A stretch of DNA of 64,000 bases from positions 2,170,001 to 2,234,000 of the forward strand of contig NW_027271204.1 in NCBI RefSeq assembly GCF_040938485.1, given 5' to 3'. Below the pieces are notes generated by a model that saw only the letters and a list, made by a program, of their open reading frames with translations, had not been told where the DNA came from and ran no database searches. A program made the position numbers and the translations under genes. Source of the DNA: Diadema antillarum. Taxonomy: Eukaryota. Position 1 is the stretch's first letter. Each line of letters opens with the position of its first letter. Shown here piece after piece: positions 11,701 through 23,640 of the stretch.

Positions 11701-14700
11701 AATCTTGTGTCGCGAACTCCTCCCACAGTTTTTGATCAATTTTTATGAAATTAGGTACAGATGTTCATCTGAATATGTTAATGTGCAAGACACATATTTC
11801 CGCAGTGGCAAAAAGTGCGTTGCCATGGTAACGGCATGTTATTGGTAAAATATAGGGCAAAATGCTTCATGGCAAAACTGCTTCATCAGTGTTCTTCCAA
11901 TTCTCATGGAATTCATATTGAATGTTTGTCTTAGGATATAGGTCAGCATGACACATTTCTTGACAGTGACAAAAAGTATGTTGCCATGGTAACAGCTCAC
12001 ATATTATGAGCCAAAATGATGGAAAATTTTGTGTTGCAAACTACTTCCTCAGTTTTTGCCCAATTTCCATGAAACTTGGTACAGATGTATGCCTTTGGTT
12101 GTAGATGTGCAAGACGCATTTTTCGACAGTACCCGAAAGTACGTTGCCATGGTAACGGCATATTAATGGCAGAAGATCAAGGAAAGATCTTGCGGATTTA
12201 ACTACTTCCTCAGTTTTTTGACCAAAGCTTATGAAATGTTGTTTTGACCAAAGCTTATGAAATGTTGTTTGGCGGGGGTATAACCAGTCGCTGTAGCGAC
12301 ATTTCTAGTTTTAACAAAATTTCTATATAACGAAAGAAAACTGACGGTCGCAAGGACTTCGTTATTGCGGGAGTCCACTGTACTCATTTTATGAAAAGGA
12401 ATGTTGGTGTATGGACTGAATATTTCACCAGTAGGACTTTATCTACTACTATTAATTACCATAAAATACAAACCTTTTATATTGGATGTGATCCCAGCAT
12501 TGGTGTATCTTTACATCAGCAAATATTGGGAGGTAACGTCATTTGTTTCTTTCTTCCTTTTGAGGGGCTGAGATGTGACATTATACAACTTAAAGTGATA
12601 TTTGTTAATGCCGAAGCACATAAATTGGGAAATGATAAAACCCAAGGCTTGCTATTTTCTTCTTGTTTTACTGCAAGCTTCTGTTGTTGTTTTTTTGGAA
12701 AAAGAAAAGAAAAAGAAAATGGTGAAAAGTACATATTCCCTGGACCCATTAATGACTCATGTGAACATGGATACATGTAATTCCCCATGCTTTCTGAAAG
12801 AGGTAAGTCAAGTGCTCTTTATTTTGCTAGAAAAGTGAAGATATGCTGAATTTTCTTAGAATTTTCTGTCTATCGTTTTCCATTACGTGACATAACAATT
12901 TGTTGCAGTCTTCTCATCCAGCGATGCCAGCACAGAAACTTTACAAATTTGTAACATTATTTGAATGGATTGTCCGATTTTTTTCTCAAACTTTTAGTAA
13001 TGTGTTCTTCTAGTAAATATTGCTGCATTCACTCAATCCACATTTGTATTTAGGTTTCATATTCCTTTAAGTCCATGGATTCAGGCACATTTTAGGGAAA
13101 AGCAGCACCAAGCCTTGGCTAAAGTCTGGCATGCCTAAGGTGTACAATGTACCATGCTCTACAATTCATCTTTGCCTCATTTTGCAGGAGAAGCAGAGTA
13201 TGCAGAAATTCCGGAGGGGTATGAGCCAAAGCACTGGGAATACCACAAGGTAAAGATATTACTTCTGCTCGCAGAAGGACCTCTGAACCGTAAGAAATGG
13301 TGCCTGGGAGTTATTCACAAACCACATGTCACCCACCGCTCTGCTGTTCCCAATGATAATGATGTAATCATTCTGGCATAGTGCATTGTATGCATCTGGC
13401 AAGGTCTCTCTGCACTTGAAATACATATGTAAGGAACAAGAAGACACTCCAAACAAGTGAAGAACATCTCTTTTATGGACATGTGGACAGTGTGCATTTC
13501 CAGGCTAACCAACAAACCAATTAGAATACTAAATATTAAGGAACTGCAGAACCTTGAATGGAAACTTTAAGCCAGTGAGCCCTGGTTAGGCGATTATGGT
13601 GAAAACTACCATGGACAATGATGCTAGAACAAAGCTTCCTTTCACTGCTGCTGTATGCTTATTCTTTGATATGACAGTGGGAAATAATACTGATTGTCAT
13701 TATCATAATCACCATCAATATATCTCTTTGATGTAAAATATTCATTTGGTGTGACTGTATTGGTGTCGCGTGTGGTTGTGTTTTGTGAAATATTAAAACA
13801 GCACACAAATTCATTGTTTTTACCGTTGCGTGTACACTAAATTGGAGTTTCTCTTTTTTGACAGCATCCGATCACTCGATGGCTGTCGAGAAATCTGTAT
13901 CCTAGCCCCCAGCAGGATTACGAGAAGATGGCTCACTACATGGAGATTGAAGGGGAGAAGATGAAGGCTAGGTAAGCCTAAAATTTTCCTCTCGAGAAAA
14001 CCAAGGGCCTGCTTCATAAATGTGTGTGCTGCAATGATTGTGAGTTGCAGTAAATGCTGTTGAATACTGTGGCAACACAATGAAAGCTCTCATCTGGGCC
14101 CCATTTTATAAAAAGTTGACATGATGCCAACTCTTGCTGGAATAGCAATTGTCATGGTAATGACAAGAATCCAGCTTCCTGATTGGCTGTTGCTATTGGA
14201 AGTTGTCATTCCAGCAAGAGTTGCTATCCTAACATCTTGTATGAAATGGGGCCCTGATTGGTTGTTTCCTGGTTGCTGTCATGGTAACTGCAATTATTGC
14301 ACCTGGCAGGAATTGTAAATGACAGAGGCCCCTGGTTGTTACTGTTGACAAGACTTTCTGTAGCCCATGGTACATGTACATTATGCATTTCACGCATCAT
14401 GGAATGGTGGAAAGGTGTGAAAGCTCATCTCTGTTTTCTGCATACAGTGTATGAAAAGGTGTTGGCAGGCACTGAATGTACTTCTACCCCTAACCACTGC
14501 ATTGTCATAATGAGCTACTGTCTATGCCATATATTTAGCCAGTTTAATTTTTCACGAATCTGGACTTCCCAACAGTTTCACGAGTGGTTAAATTTGCAAT
14601 TGTGGAGCAAGTACTGAACAGAGAAATGTATGATTCATGTTGGGATGAGAGTAAATATTTTTGTATGTTTTTAAATTCGCGAATGACACCCAACTCACGA

Positions 14701-15505
14701 AATTTGTGAAAATAAAAATGTTGCTAAATATTGGGCATATACAGTATGTGAATACATGTAACTTGCTTGATAGCTTCAAGGATGAAATTATGTGACATTC
14801 AACATAATTAGCCAAACTTGTGAAGTTATTCATGCAAGCACTTCCATTTCTAGAGTACCATATCAATAGTTCCTTTATAGAGACAGGCTATTTGTTGCAG
14901 TGGAAGTTGCTTCTACATTTACATTGAGTTTAACATGCAGTAAGTTCCAACTGTAGTTCATCCTGCCTTCCACATAAATCTACTTCACAAATTATTAAGC
15001 CAAATACATTGAAGCTGGTAATGCATTCTTCTTCGTTTCAATTCAAACACAAGTTGAGAATTACATGAACTTGAAGTCCTAGATTGACATTAGTTGAAAC
15101 ATTAAATGAAAACAGTAAAAACTGTTGCTGACCTTTTGTTCTTTTAGTCTTGTGTGCGGTGTATACCCAAAACCTACAGGTGTACCCACCTCATTGCTTT
15201 GTAAAAGTCTCTGATACATGCTTTAGTCTAGTGGACAGATAAGACTGACATAATAAGAATTTAGTCCCTGCACCAGTTTTCATACTAATCTCAATCCTAT
15301 GGCAGTGTTGTGTACCTCAACATGCCCGCTATAATCTTCAATCTGTAGATTAGTTTCATTTGTAACTTTCTCTTTTTATTCTCTGCTGTTTAGGGGAGAG
15401 GAGCGGGAGGTCAGGCGATTGATGAGGGCAAGGGGCGAAGGTCACTACTACTATGCCGTGGATACGCCTCCAAACTGGAAGTCGGAAGAGGAGATGAAGG
15501 AGTGA
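8668..15505 (+). CDS. NDUFB5: NADH:ubiquinone oxidoreductase subunit B5 (SGDH), complete; join(8668..8779,10333..10430,11254..11320,13188..13249,13865..13971,15394..15505), 185 aa
   Basis: Six exons with GT-AG introns and consistent phases (1,0,1,0,2) total 558 nt. The translation includes [55 protein letters not shown], matching the NDUFB5 signature (human [32 protein letters not shown], recalled). The N-terminus is Arg-rich and lacks acidic residues, like a mitochondrial presequence. Confidence 0.95.
10333..10430 (+). CDS. NDUFB5: NDUFB5 exon 2 ([33 protein letters not shown])
   Basis: Acceptor TTTTCCAG| and donor GCG|[19 protein letters not shown] resembles the human VIRPSRFYDRRFL region. 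Confidence 0.9.
11254..11320 (+). CDS. NDUFB5: NDUFB5 exon 3 (transmembrane segment [23 protein letters not shown])
   Basis: Acceptor CTCTACAG| and donor TTG|GTAAGA; conserved TG.P...T.VNVFIG motif. Confidence 0.96.
11347..12380. mobile_element. pogo/Tc1-mariner-like MITE interrupted by a Helentron-like insertion
   Basis: TA|CAGGGCACTCCCGTTATAGCGAA ... TTCGTTATTGCGGGAGTCCACTG|TA; same TIR family as 17036-17571. Confidence 0.8.
11448..12310 (+). mobile_element. Helentron-associated (HINE/DINE-1-like) non-autonomous element with ~160-bp internal tandem units
   Basis: Perfect 16-bp subterminal inverted repeats TATACCCCCGCCAAAC (11449-11464) and GTTTGGCGGGGGTATA (12267-12282); 5' hairpin; CGGT-type microsatellite; 3' stem-loop GTCGCT-gt-AGCGAC followed by TTTCTAGTT; T-rich flanks. 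Confidence 0.8.
12870..13072. mobile_element. Right-end fragment of a Kolobok-like MITE family
   Basis: Similar to the right arm of 41865-42425 (GTCTTCTCATCCAGCG...GGATTGTCCGATTTT...CTCAAACTTT) and ends in TTCCT|TTAA. Confidence 0.65.
13188..13249 (+). CDS. NDUFB5: NDUFB5 exon 4 ([21 protein letters not shown])
   Basis: Acceptor TTTTGCAG| and donor AAG|GTAAAG; near-invariant AEIPEGY.P.HWEY motif. Confidence 0.97.
13865..13971 (+). CDS. NDUFB5: NDUFB5 exon 5 ([36 protein letters not shown])
   Basis: Acceptor TTTTTTGACAG| and donor TAG|GTAAGC; HPI.RW..RN motif. Confidence 0.96.
14096..14254. mobile_element. PIF/Harbinger-like foldback MITE
   Basis: TIR GGGCCCCATTTTATA / TATGAAATGGGGCCC, plus an internal perfect 16-bp inverted repeat CAACTCTTGCTGGAAT (14128-14143) / ATTCCAGCAAGAGTTG (14208-14223). 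Superfamily inferred from GGG termini. Confidence 0.7.
14516..14746. mobile_element. TACTGTA...TACAGTA MITE family copy
   Basis: Ends TACTGTCTATGCCATATATTTAGC / GCTAAATATTGGGCATATACAGTA; internal TCGCGAA/TCACGAA motifs shared with the other copies. Confidence 0.8.
15394..15505 (+). CDS. NDUFB5: NDUFB5 exon 6 ([36 protein letters not shown])
   Basis: Acceptor CTGTTTAG|; EVR.LM..RG.G..YY motif; TGA at 15503-15505. Confidence 0.95.
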
Positions 15506-17035
15506 ATGCAATATCAGTTGCATCTAGAGTTATCTTGTCAAAGTTAAAGAAGTTTTAGTCAGGGAGACAAAATATGTATTGTGTATGTGAAATAACAAGG
15601 AGGGTCTTATAGATGCTTACTATTCAAAGAGTGTGTTTCTTATGTGAAAAGCAAACTGAACCAGAGTTGTCTTGTTTAAAGGTGGGAAGCTGTATGTGTT
15701 CATACATATGGCTAGGAGGTGATTAAAATTAAGAGATATTGTACAAATTGATATGAGTACACTCTTGAAGATACTCGGGCTATTTGGGCTTGCTTCATCA
15801 CAGAATTTTGTTGTTATTCAGTGAGGAGAAACTTCAAATTTGTACCTCAACACACAACAATCATTAGGGCCATGCATACCTGGTATGTGATATGGCCTAC
15901 AGGGTCTTTATTGCAGGATGAATGTGTGGCAAGCATCCATAGCCAGGGGAAGAATGATTTGAGAGAAGAACACCTGATTAATACGATACATGGAAATGAG
16001 GTTGCATGTTTTTCCATGCTAACTGCTTTTGCAATATTTCAGAATATATTATCTGTTACACCACAAATACAGCAATGAATTTCATGGAATATGCCATGTT
16101 TACATCATAAATATTATACAAAGCTGCTCTCGTTCTCGTAGTTGCACTGACAGCCAGGACCTGTAAGAATAACATGGCACCATCCTTTTTTATTTATGCC
16201 TCTATCTGTGATCTACTTTCTCCACCAACCTGATGCAAGAAGCTGTACTGTATCACTTTTTACTGCTGACAGTGCCATATTGCTGAACCTTCAAATGCCG
16301 TTGAACACATTTGTAATGCAGAATTGGTTTTAAGCAGACAGATTGACTATCTTGCCGCTATTGGGGCAAAATGAGAATCCATCAGTTCCCTTACATGGTT
16401 TTAAATAGATCTGGATATGTGTCAACAATACATTATTCAAACTTATTGAGGAGCTGAAAACATGTACAGCATGCTTTCAATGGTTACTTCCAGGGTCACT
16501 CAACAGCAACATTGATTTTTAGTTAGTAAAGAAGTGGTTGGCTCTTCTGAGTTCTAACATTGACAGATCAAAATGTGTTTGGTATTGAGGAAAGAAATAA
16601 ACATGAAGGGATTCAACTATAGCATCAGTATTCAAAGGTTGCATGTATGATACTGGCACAGAGCCATTAAGTTAGCTGAATGTTTCCATCATAGCAATGT
16701 GTCTGCTGCCATCTACTGTTCAAGTATGAATAGCCACCAGTGCAGCCTCCCCATCCAGTTTTGTCCAAGGAAGAGTGGTATTTTGTGGCATGTACAGTCA
16801 CTCCATTAATCCTGTGTTTTGTCTCCACCTTGTTTGAATGTATGCACCAATGAGACCATCTGTATGCCTGTATGTGTGTTAACACAGGAAACTTCTCTAG
16901 GTTCAGTTTGGAGCCTAGACAGGTCATTAATAAAATTCATATTTGATGTGAAAAAAAAAAATGGATGGTAGCGTGTGTGTTTGGTGTATGCCCTTTAAGT
17001 TCCATTATGAGTAATCGCACACATAATACCATGTA

Positions 17036-17571
17036 CAGTGCACTCCCGTTACAACGAGCACGGTTATGACGAAATTTCGTTATAACTAAGTAAATCTTCT
17101 TGTCCCAAAATTATCACCATTAAAGTCTATGGTACAAAATTCGCTTATAACGAACACGGTTATAGCGAAATTTCCGTTATAACAAAGTCTTTTCCGAGCG
17201 CCACAGACAAAGAAAAACAAAAGAAATGTGCTCCGTTATAACGAAATGCGAATTGCTTTCAAAAATACGTAGCGGAACATGCATTTATAGCGTCTCTGCA
17301 TGGGTGAACGCTTCACACCACTGTGTGTTCGCTCCTTGTGTCACGCAGTTTCTGAGGGGAACTTGCGTTTATTATTGTAATACAGTTTAATATCCCATCA
17401 CATTTCACATAGCTTTCCAGTGTTTGATGAGTATTAAGCAAACATAATATGATATATATACGTGGTTCCTTGTTTTCATTATATATTGTATTTGTTCGGT
17501 TATAACGAAATTTCGTTATAACGAAAGAAAACTGCCGGTCCTGAGCATTTCGTTATAACGAGAGTGCACTG
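17036..17571. mobile_element. Intact pogo/Tigger-like (Tc1/mariner) MITE, 536 bp
   Basis: TA|CAGTGCACTCCCGTTACAACGA ... TCGTTATAACGAGAGTGCACTG|TA: about 22-bp TIR with 2 mismatches, TA target duplication, and internal repeats of CGTTATAACGAA. No transposase ORF. Confidence 0.9.
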
Positions 17572-20128
17572 TATATGCATACAGACCATCATACACAAGC
17601 ATGCTATGGTGCACACACATACACTTGCAAACACACTCACCAAGGAGTCTGCATGCGAGGATGTGTTATTGGTGTTGGTGGTTTGTAGTGTGATGTTGAG
17701 TTTTCAGACTGAAAAAAAAAAACTTGAACCAGAAGCGGTATAATTAATATTTGAATATTGGTTGTGAGGTCCAATCCAGTGTGAGTCTATGCATATAATT
17801 ATGTAAGTACTACGCATGTGTGCCTCGGTCAGAGCGTTCTAATACAAAGAGTAGCAGGTATGCGTAGATACGCATTTGAAACCGCTCTGCAAACGTGAAT
17901 GTCCTTGGTTGCTGAGTAAGTCCATTAGAAAGAGAGAGAGAGAGAGAGGGGCTGTCGGAAAATGTATGTGTCAGTGAATGTCCCCACAGCACTATATGCA
18001 TCTATTCCAACCGTCCCCCATATTTTTAATCAACCTTTATGCCAATGGGATGCTCTTTTTCTGGGATGATGGCTATCCTGAAAAAAAAAAGAAAAAAAGA
18101 TCAACCTTGTAATTACCATTACAGGATATCTGACCTTGGCCAGTTCTGTGGATTCAAAGCCATGATTGCGCAGAAACAGTAACGCTGCAATGGCTGGGAG
18201 AAATACAGTTTTTTGTTTTTTTTTCTGGCCAAGTCGAGTTGATGTGGGTGTTTTGTTGTTGATGAACGTAAGTGCATGTAGAAAAAAACCCAAACAAACA
18301 AAAACAAAGGAAAGAAAAATGTCTACTGTTGGTAGTATTTTAATGCCTTTCTATGCACCTGTTTGAGTGTTTGTGTGTGTGTGTCTACGTATGTGTGTCT
18401 TTTCTGTGCTTGTGTGTGTGTGTGTGTGTTTGGTGCCGATGTGGGAATGTATCTATGCAAAGATGTATTATTCAAAGACATTCACAACAGGAAAACAAAG
18501 AACAGAACAAAACAGGTGAACCTTCTTATGCTGAATATGGCAATGACCTAAAAAACATCCTGACAATTTCCTTGTTATCTTTTAATTGTTATTATTTATC
18601 AAATCTGGGTACAAAAACAACAAATATAAAGAGTAGGGACCTGCAAAGTCACCTGTTATAAGAGGGTTTTGTTATATCTGACTTCAATATAACAAGGCTC
18701 CATTGTACAAACATACACTTATGGACACACACATACACACACAGAAAAATCAAGGACTGGTACTTCAATTAAACAGCATGCGGTACATACATACACACAC
18801 ATACATGTGACACAAACACTGGCTTCCAAAATGAGTGCTCAACAACCTGCTTCTATAGAATTTAAAGCATTTTATTTCCATTATCCATAATTACAGCTGT
18901 ACTTACACTGTACAGAGAACATGACAAACAGTCTCATGCTCTAGCTCGGTCCATACATTACAATGAGCGGCCAAACAAAAATCACCACTTTGACGATTTC
19001 TTGATGAAATATTATCATAGAGCACGTGTAAAATATGTATGAGACTAGAAGGTGCAAAAACTTGAAAGATCAGCTAGTCGTGCAAATGACCTTTGACCTT
19101 GACACATCTCTACCATACTGCTGATTCACTCCTACAAGAGTCTGGTCTGAAAGAGTTGATTTCATCAACATTCAAGGGATTATACATGTGGTATTCACAG
19201 AGGCAGATGCTTTACTCACTAGCAAAAAAATGACTAGGTCAATGAGGAACAAAAGAAAAGAAAAAAGGAAAAAAAAAAAAGGTTTGAACAAAATACACAG
19301 ACCTATGATTCATTCCACATTGGTGGAAACAAATCTGCATCACTAAATTCTTTACACAATCAGCCTTGCAAGAAATGAAATTCATCGACTCAAAGCTGCA
19401 CTAACATTTACACTACCGGTACCTGATTTATTAATCATCATTAAAAAAAACAAAAACAAAAACAAAAACAAAACAAAAACGGAACTCGTGCCTCATTTGA
19501 ATATCACCACATCAACACCCCAACAGAATTTCAGTTCTTGCAAGACTGACTGTGTATTGTGGCATAAAGCCACCCTTCTGTGTACATTTTATCTATGAAT
19601 AATAACTGTCCAAGCACACAATTTGATTAAGTCCCTACACTGCTTGTCAGCTGTGTTCACAAATAATTCACTCATCACTCAATATACTACCTTTTTGCTC
19701 CCACTCTATGCACTCTGAATTGTTACTCTATAAACTGTAACTTGTTAAGTATAAATCCACACAACAAACTGATTGATACAAACATATAGAGACAGACCTA
19801 CAAAACATACATCTGAGAACAGAAGAAATATTCACACCAATCTCATGTATGTCATACTCTCATTAGAATGAAAACAAAAATGCTGAAACAAGACACACAC
19901 AAAAAAAAGAAATATAATTATCACTCCCATCATGTAGTGCAACAGAGTTCAATTAATCATATTCAAAGAAACCATCACACTCTAGTAGACTGCACTGAAA
20001 GGAATGAAATTTACTCCATTTATAGGAAATTGTTTTACAACCATAAATCATTTGCTCCATGGGAATGCCCTCTTTGATTATTTTTTCTTACAAAAACATA
20101 AACAAAGATTTTCATTCTTCTTCGTTAA

Positions 20129-20213
20129 CCCATTGAAGATGAGCTGATTTTGCTATAACACACATTTCCTAAAGACACCTGTCCGAGTTTACTTGGAACT
20201 AGTCTCCGATGGG
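20129..20213. mobile_element. 85-bp piggyBac-like MITE
   Basis: TTAA|CCCAT...ATGGG|TTAA; homologous to 29944-30028. Confidence 0.8.
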
Positions 20214-20696
20214 TTAACTGGATACATTATTAGGTCAGAGACAAATACTTGAAGAATTTGTACCAACATGAAATCTTATTTCCTCCAATAGTCAATACCC
20301 TTTTCCACAGCATAAATGTGAGAGGGGAGGGGTGGAGAATTAAAGATACGCAAATATACAAGAAACTGCAAATTACAATTTTGCGAGTATTTATTCTTGA
20401 ACTCAACATTACCACTAGATAGATCATTCTTTTCTTGTCCAACTTATAAGGAATATTTGTCACACCAATCATCATCAATTTCAATGTCTCCTCTGGTATA
20501 TCTATGAGACACAGGTGAATATGCCATGTACACTTGGATTCATGCTTGTAAGGTACTTGGCTACTCAATTTTACACTAAAATGGAAAATGAATCTTGTGC
20601 TCAATGAAGCCCATCACCACTGTACTGCTGGAAAACATATCATCAATATGAAAATACTTGATAGATACAATATCTGTGGTTTTGAAAGTGACTAAA

Positions 20697-21387
20697 TGTG
20701 ACAGTGCACCTCAAAACGAACATAAAGTCGCACACACTGATTTTGCGTGAGGACTGAAAATAAGTGAAATGGGTCAACCTAGCCGAACTTGACTTTTTCA
20801 TATTTTCTGAAAGAGCGGGTCTTCTTTTACATTATGCTAAAATTTGGTATCATAAAACGGGCAGGAAAGTGTGTTTGTTTAGCAGTTTATCTCCAACATT
20901 TTTTGTAGAATAGTGTGATTAGCTGTGTCTTTAGAATCCCTTTTTCATTTCTGAAAAACCTTGTCCACACTCTTCACTTTCAACTCTAATAACTTTTGAA
21001 AGGATAATGCTACTGCTTTGAAAGTTGGCATTAATTATGGACAGAGTGTGTTAATGAGGCATACTTAATTTCAGTTTAATCTGATAATCCCTTCATTGTT
21101 GTTACTCTGGTGGTTTACTTCCTGTTTTTTGTCCCATTCATCGCACAGCCAGCACGGTTTGGTAAAGATTAAGCGCTTGAATAGACACTGTACTTCAGAG
21201 CCTCTTTTCTCAATTCACACTTTTCCTGAGTTTGTGCGTTCTTTCCAATATTTAGATAGGTTAGGAGAGTCCATTTGATTTGAGTTATACATCATTTTAA
21301 AGCTTAAAGTCTGCTCTTTCAGACTATGGTCTTAACTAAAAAATCATGTCTGGCGACTTTTTGTTTGTTTTGAGGTGCAGGGTCACA
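20697..21387. mobile_element. TIR MITE, superfamily unassigned
   Basis: TGTGACAGTGCACCTCAAAACGAACATAAAGTCGC versus the reverse complement of the right end, TGTGACCCTGCACCTCAAAACAAACAAAAAGTCGC (about 35-bp TIR). Confidence 0.8.
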
Positions 21388-23395
21388 AATTTTCTGAATA
21401 TGGTTGAACAGCACAAACAATAGTTACAATGTACACAATCGAATACATTCGCCAGTCTTGCACCGTGCTGTGAATTCAAATGCCCGATAGCATAATTCCC
21501 AATCTCATAACAATAAAGTATACAGTATCAACTAAATTCACTACAAAATTGACTAATCCAATTTTGTCAATGGAGATTTCAAAGCTCACAGCCTTCCGCC
21601 CCTCTTTTCTCAACAAAAAAATTCTCATCCCTTCTTTGATTTCTATACACTTTTACAAACACTTTTCACAGTTGTGTCTGCCTCCAAGAGCTTCTAGTGT
21701 AAAAAATGCAGAGTAGTATCAAACACACAGAAAAACAAAAATATGAGCGTAACAGACTATTAAACTGATGCTTTTTTTTTTCTTTTATGGAGACAACGCA
21801 AAAAGAAGAAGCAAAATCCACACATAAATGATGACTCTTTACTGTTGGTAAAAACACACATGAGCTAATCATATATGTGCAGTTTGGATAGAAGCGTTAT
21901 TTATTCACGACTGATTACACACACACACACACACTGCTACTGCTACACTCACACACAAATTACCATGTACGTATACAGGCACTTCTCATAGATTCCAATC
22001 AGTTATATGTACACAAGGTCAAGAGAATTGGAACGCTATACAATGGAATAGTGAAGAAGTACGACGGACTTTCAGTCAGGAACAGACAAGACATCTGCAC
22101 CTACCTGCCTGAAAGCAGAATGTACAGAACACAAACACTGTTACATCTGCTATCGTCACAGAAATCGAGTATAAAACATGTGAAAGTGACTTTTTTTCAG
22201 ACTGACAGTGTGCTTAGAATTTAGTTGTATATCTCATTTCTGTCATATCACATTGATGAGAATCACCTGCAAGAATGAAGGAAAGAGGGAAATTCCTAGC
22301 AACACAAAAAACAGACAAACAAACAAAGTCCCTACATTCTCAGTGACAGTATTTTCTTATTACACTATGATTCATCGGCGCGCTTACGCCTAGCTTCATC
22401 CACTTTTCATGGACATGAAGCTGACCTACACTAAGCTGACAAAGGTCAAAGTTTGTCCTCCCTTTTACCTGCATAGGGGAAAAAAGAGACATCAACTCTG
22501 CATTTTTCTTTTCTATTGGATTTTTTTTTTCTTCACAAAAAAAAAAAATAAAAATGCATATTCTGAACACGGAACAGATTGAAAAATTGTCTCTGAGCCC
22601 TGCCATCGTATCCCAAACAGCAAAGAAAAATACGGGGCCTCTGGGGGAGATCTAATTTCATAGTCAGTTAAGGAGGATATGTACACATTTTCACCTCAGT
22701 TCATTCACTTTTTTTCTTTTTTTTAAAAAACAAATCAGCGTAGAGAAGATGGATCCCATGACAACAAATATATGTACATATATGTATGACTGAAGAGGGG
22801 GAAAGATAAAACCCATAGATGAATACTAGCAGAGGTTGATCAGCCAAACTGGACTCTCGTAGTCATTGCGCGTAATTTTATATCCACTTGTTTGCCGCCG
22901 TCCAGTTTGCGAAGCACTTGCTGCATTTTCTCAAGATTTTCCCATCCATCCCCTTCCCCCCAAAAAGGAAAAACTGAAGAAAAGGACAAAGATAAATATG
23001 AAATAAAAAAAAAATGATCCAGAAAGCTAACACCTTTTTTTTTCACTTCTTTTTCATACAGAGAGTAATATCAGGTAGAGTGCTCAGCAAATATTGTTCA
23101 TCTCATCCTGAAAGAAGAAAGAGAGGGGCCGGGGGGGGGGGGGGGGGGGTGAAGAAAGGCAAATACAACCCATAATACGTCAAGCCTTCGTGCCTGGATC
23201 CTTACTAACCCTTTCAAAAAATCATCCTTTGTTTAGTCTCTTACTTTTTTCTCTTTTTTTTTCCGCCACCAGCAGGAGATGCAATACTCCTTGAGCTTAT
23301 AATACTTCAGTACTAGCACAAACTAGGCTGGTCTCAGAGAAAAGAATCCAGCAGGTAAAAGAACACATAGAGGTAACCCAGTCTAAACCAGAGCA

Positions 23396-23640
23396 TACTG
23401 TATACGACAAATATTTCACGAGATTTTTATTTTTGCAGAATAGTTGGGTGCTATTCGCAAATTTAAAAACATACGAAAATATTATGTAAACTCTCATCCT
23501 GACATGAATGCGTCGAGCATGAATACATTTCTACGTTTAGTGCTCTACTTCACAATCACGAATTTAACTACATGCGAAATTGTCCGGAAGTAGCGACTCG
23601 TGAAATATTAGACTTGCTAAATATGATCGCGTATACAGCA
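23396..23640. mobile_element. TACTGTA...TACAGTA MITE family copy
   Basis: TACTGTATACGACAAATATTTCACGAG ... GCTAAATATGATCGCGTATACAGCA; homologous to the 56700 and 58030 copies. Confidence 0.8.

Noticed and set aside
11537-12200. Periodic repeats as a possible CRISPR-like array
   Set aside because: The whole ~160-bp units are homologous, there are no unique spacers or cas genes, and the context is a eukaryotic transposon.
18027-18195. Two minus-strand acceptor-like sites with short frames (AIAALLFLRNHGFESTELAK; IAIIPEKEHPIGIKVD*)
   Set aside because: The implied intron is only 57 nt with a weak donor, the peptides are unrecognised, and no upstream exon chain was found.
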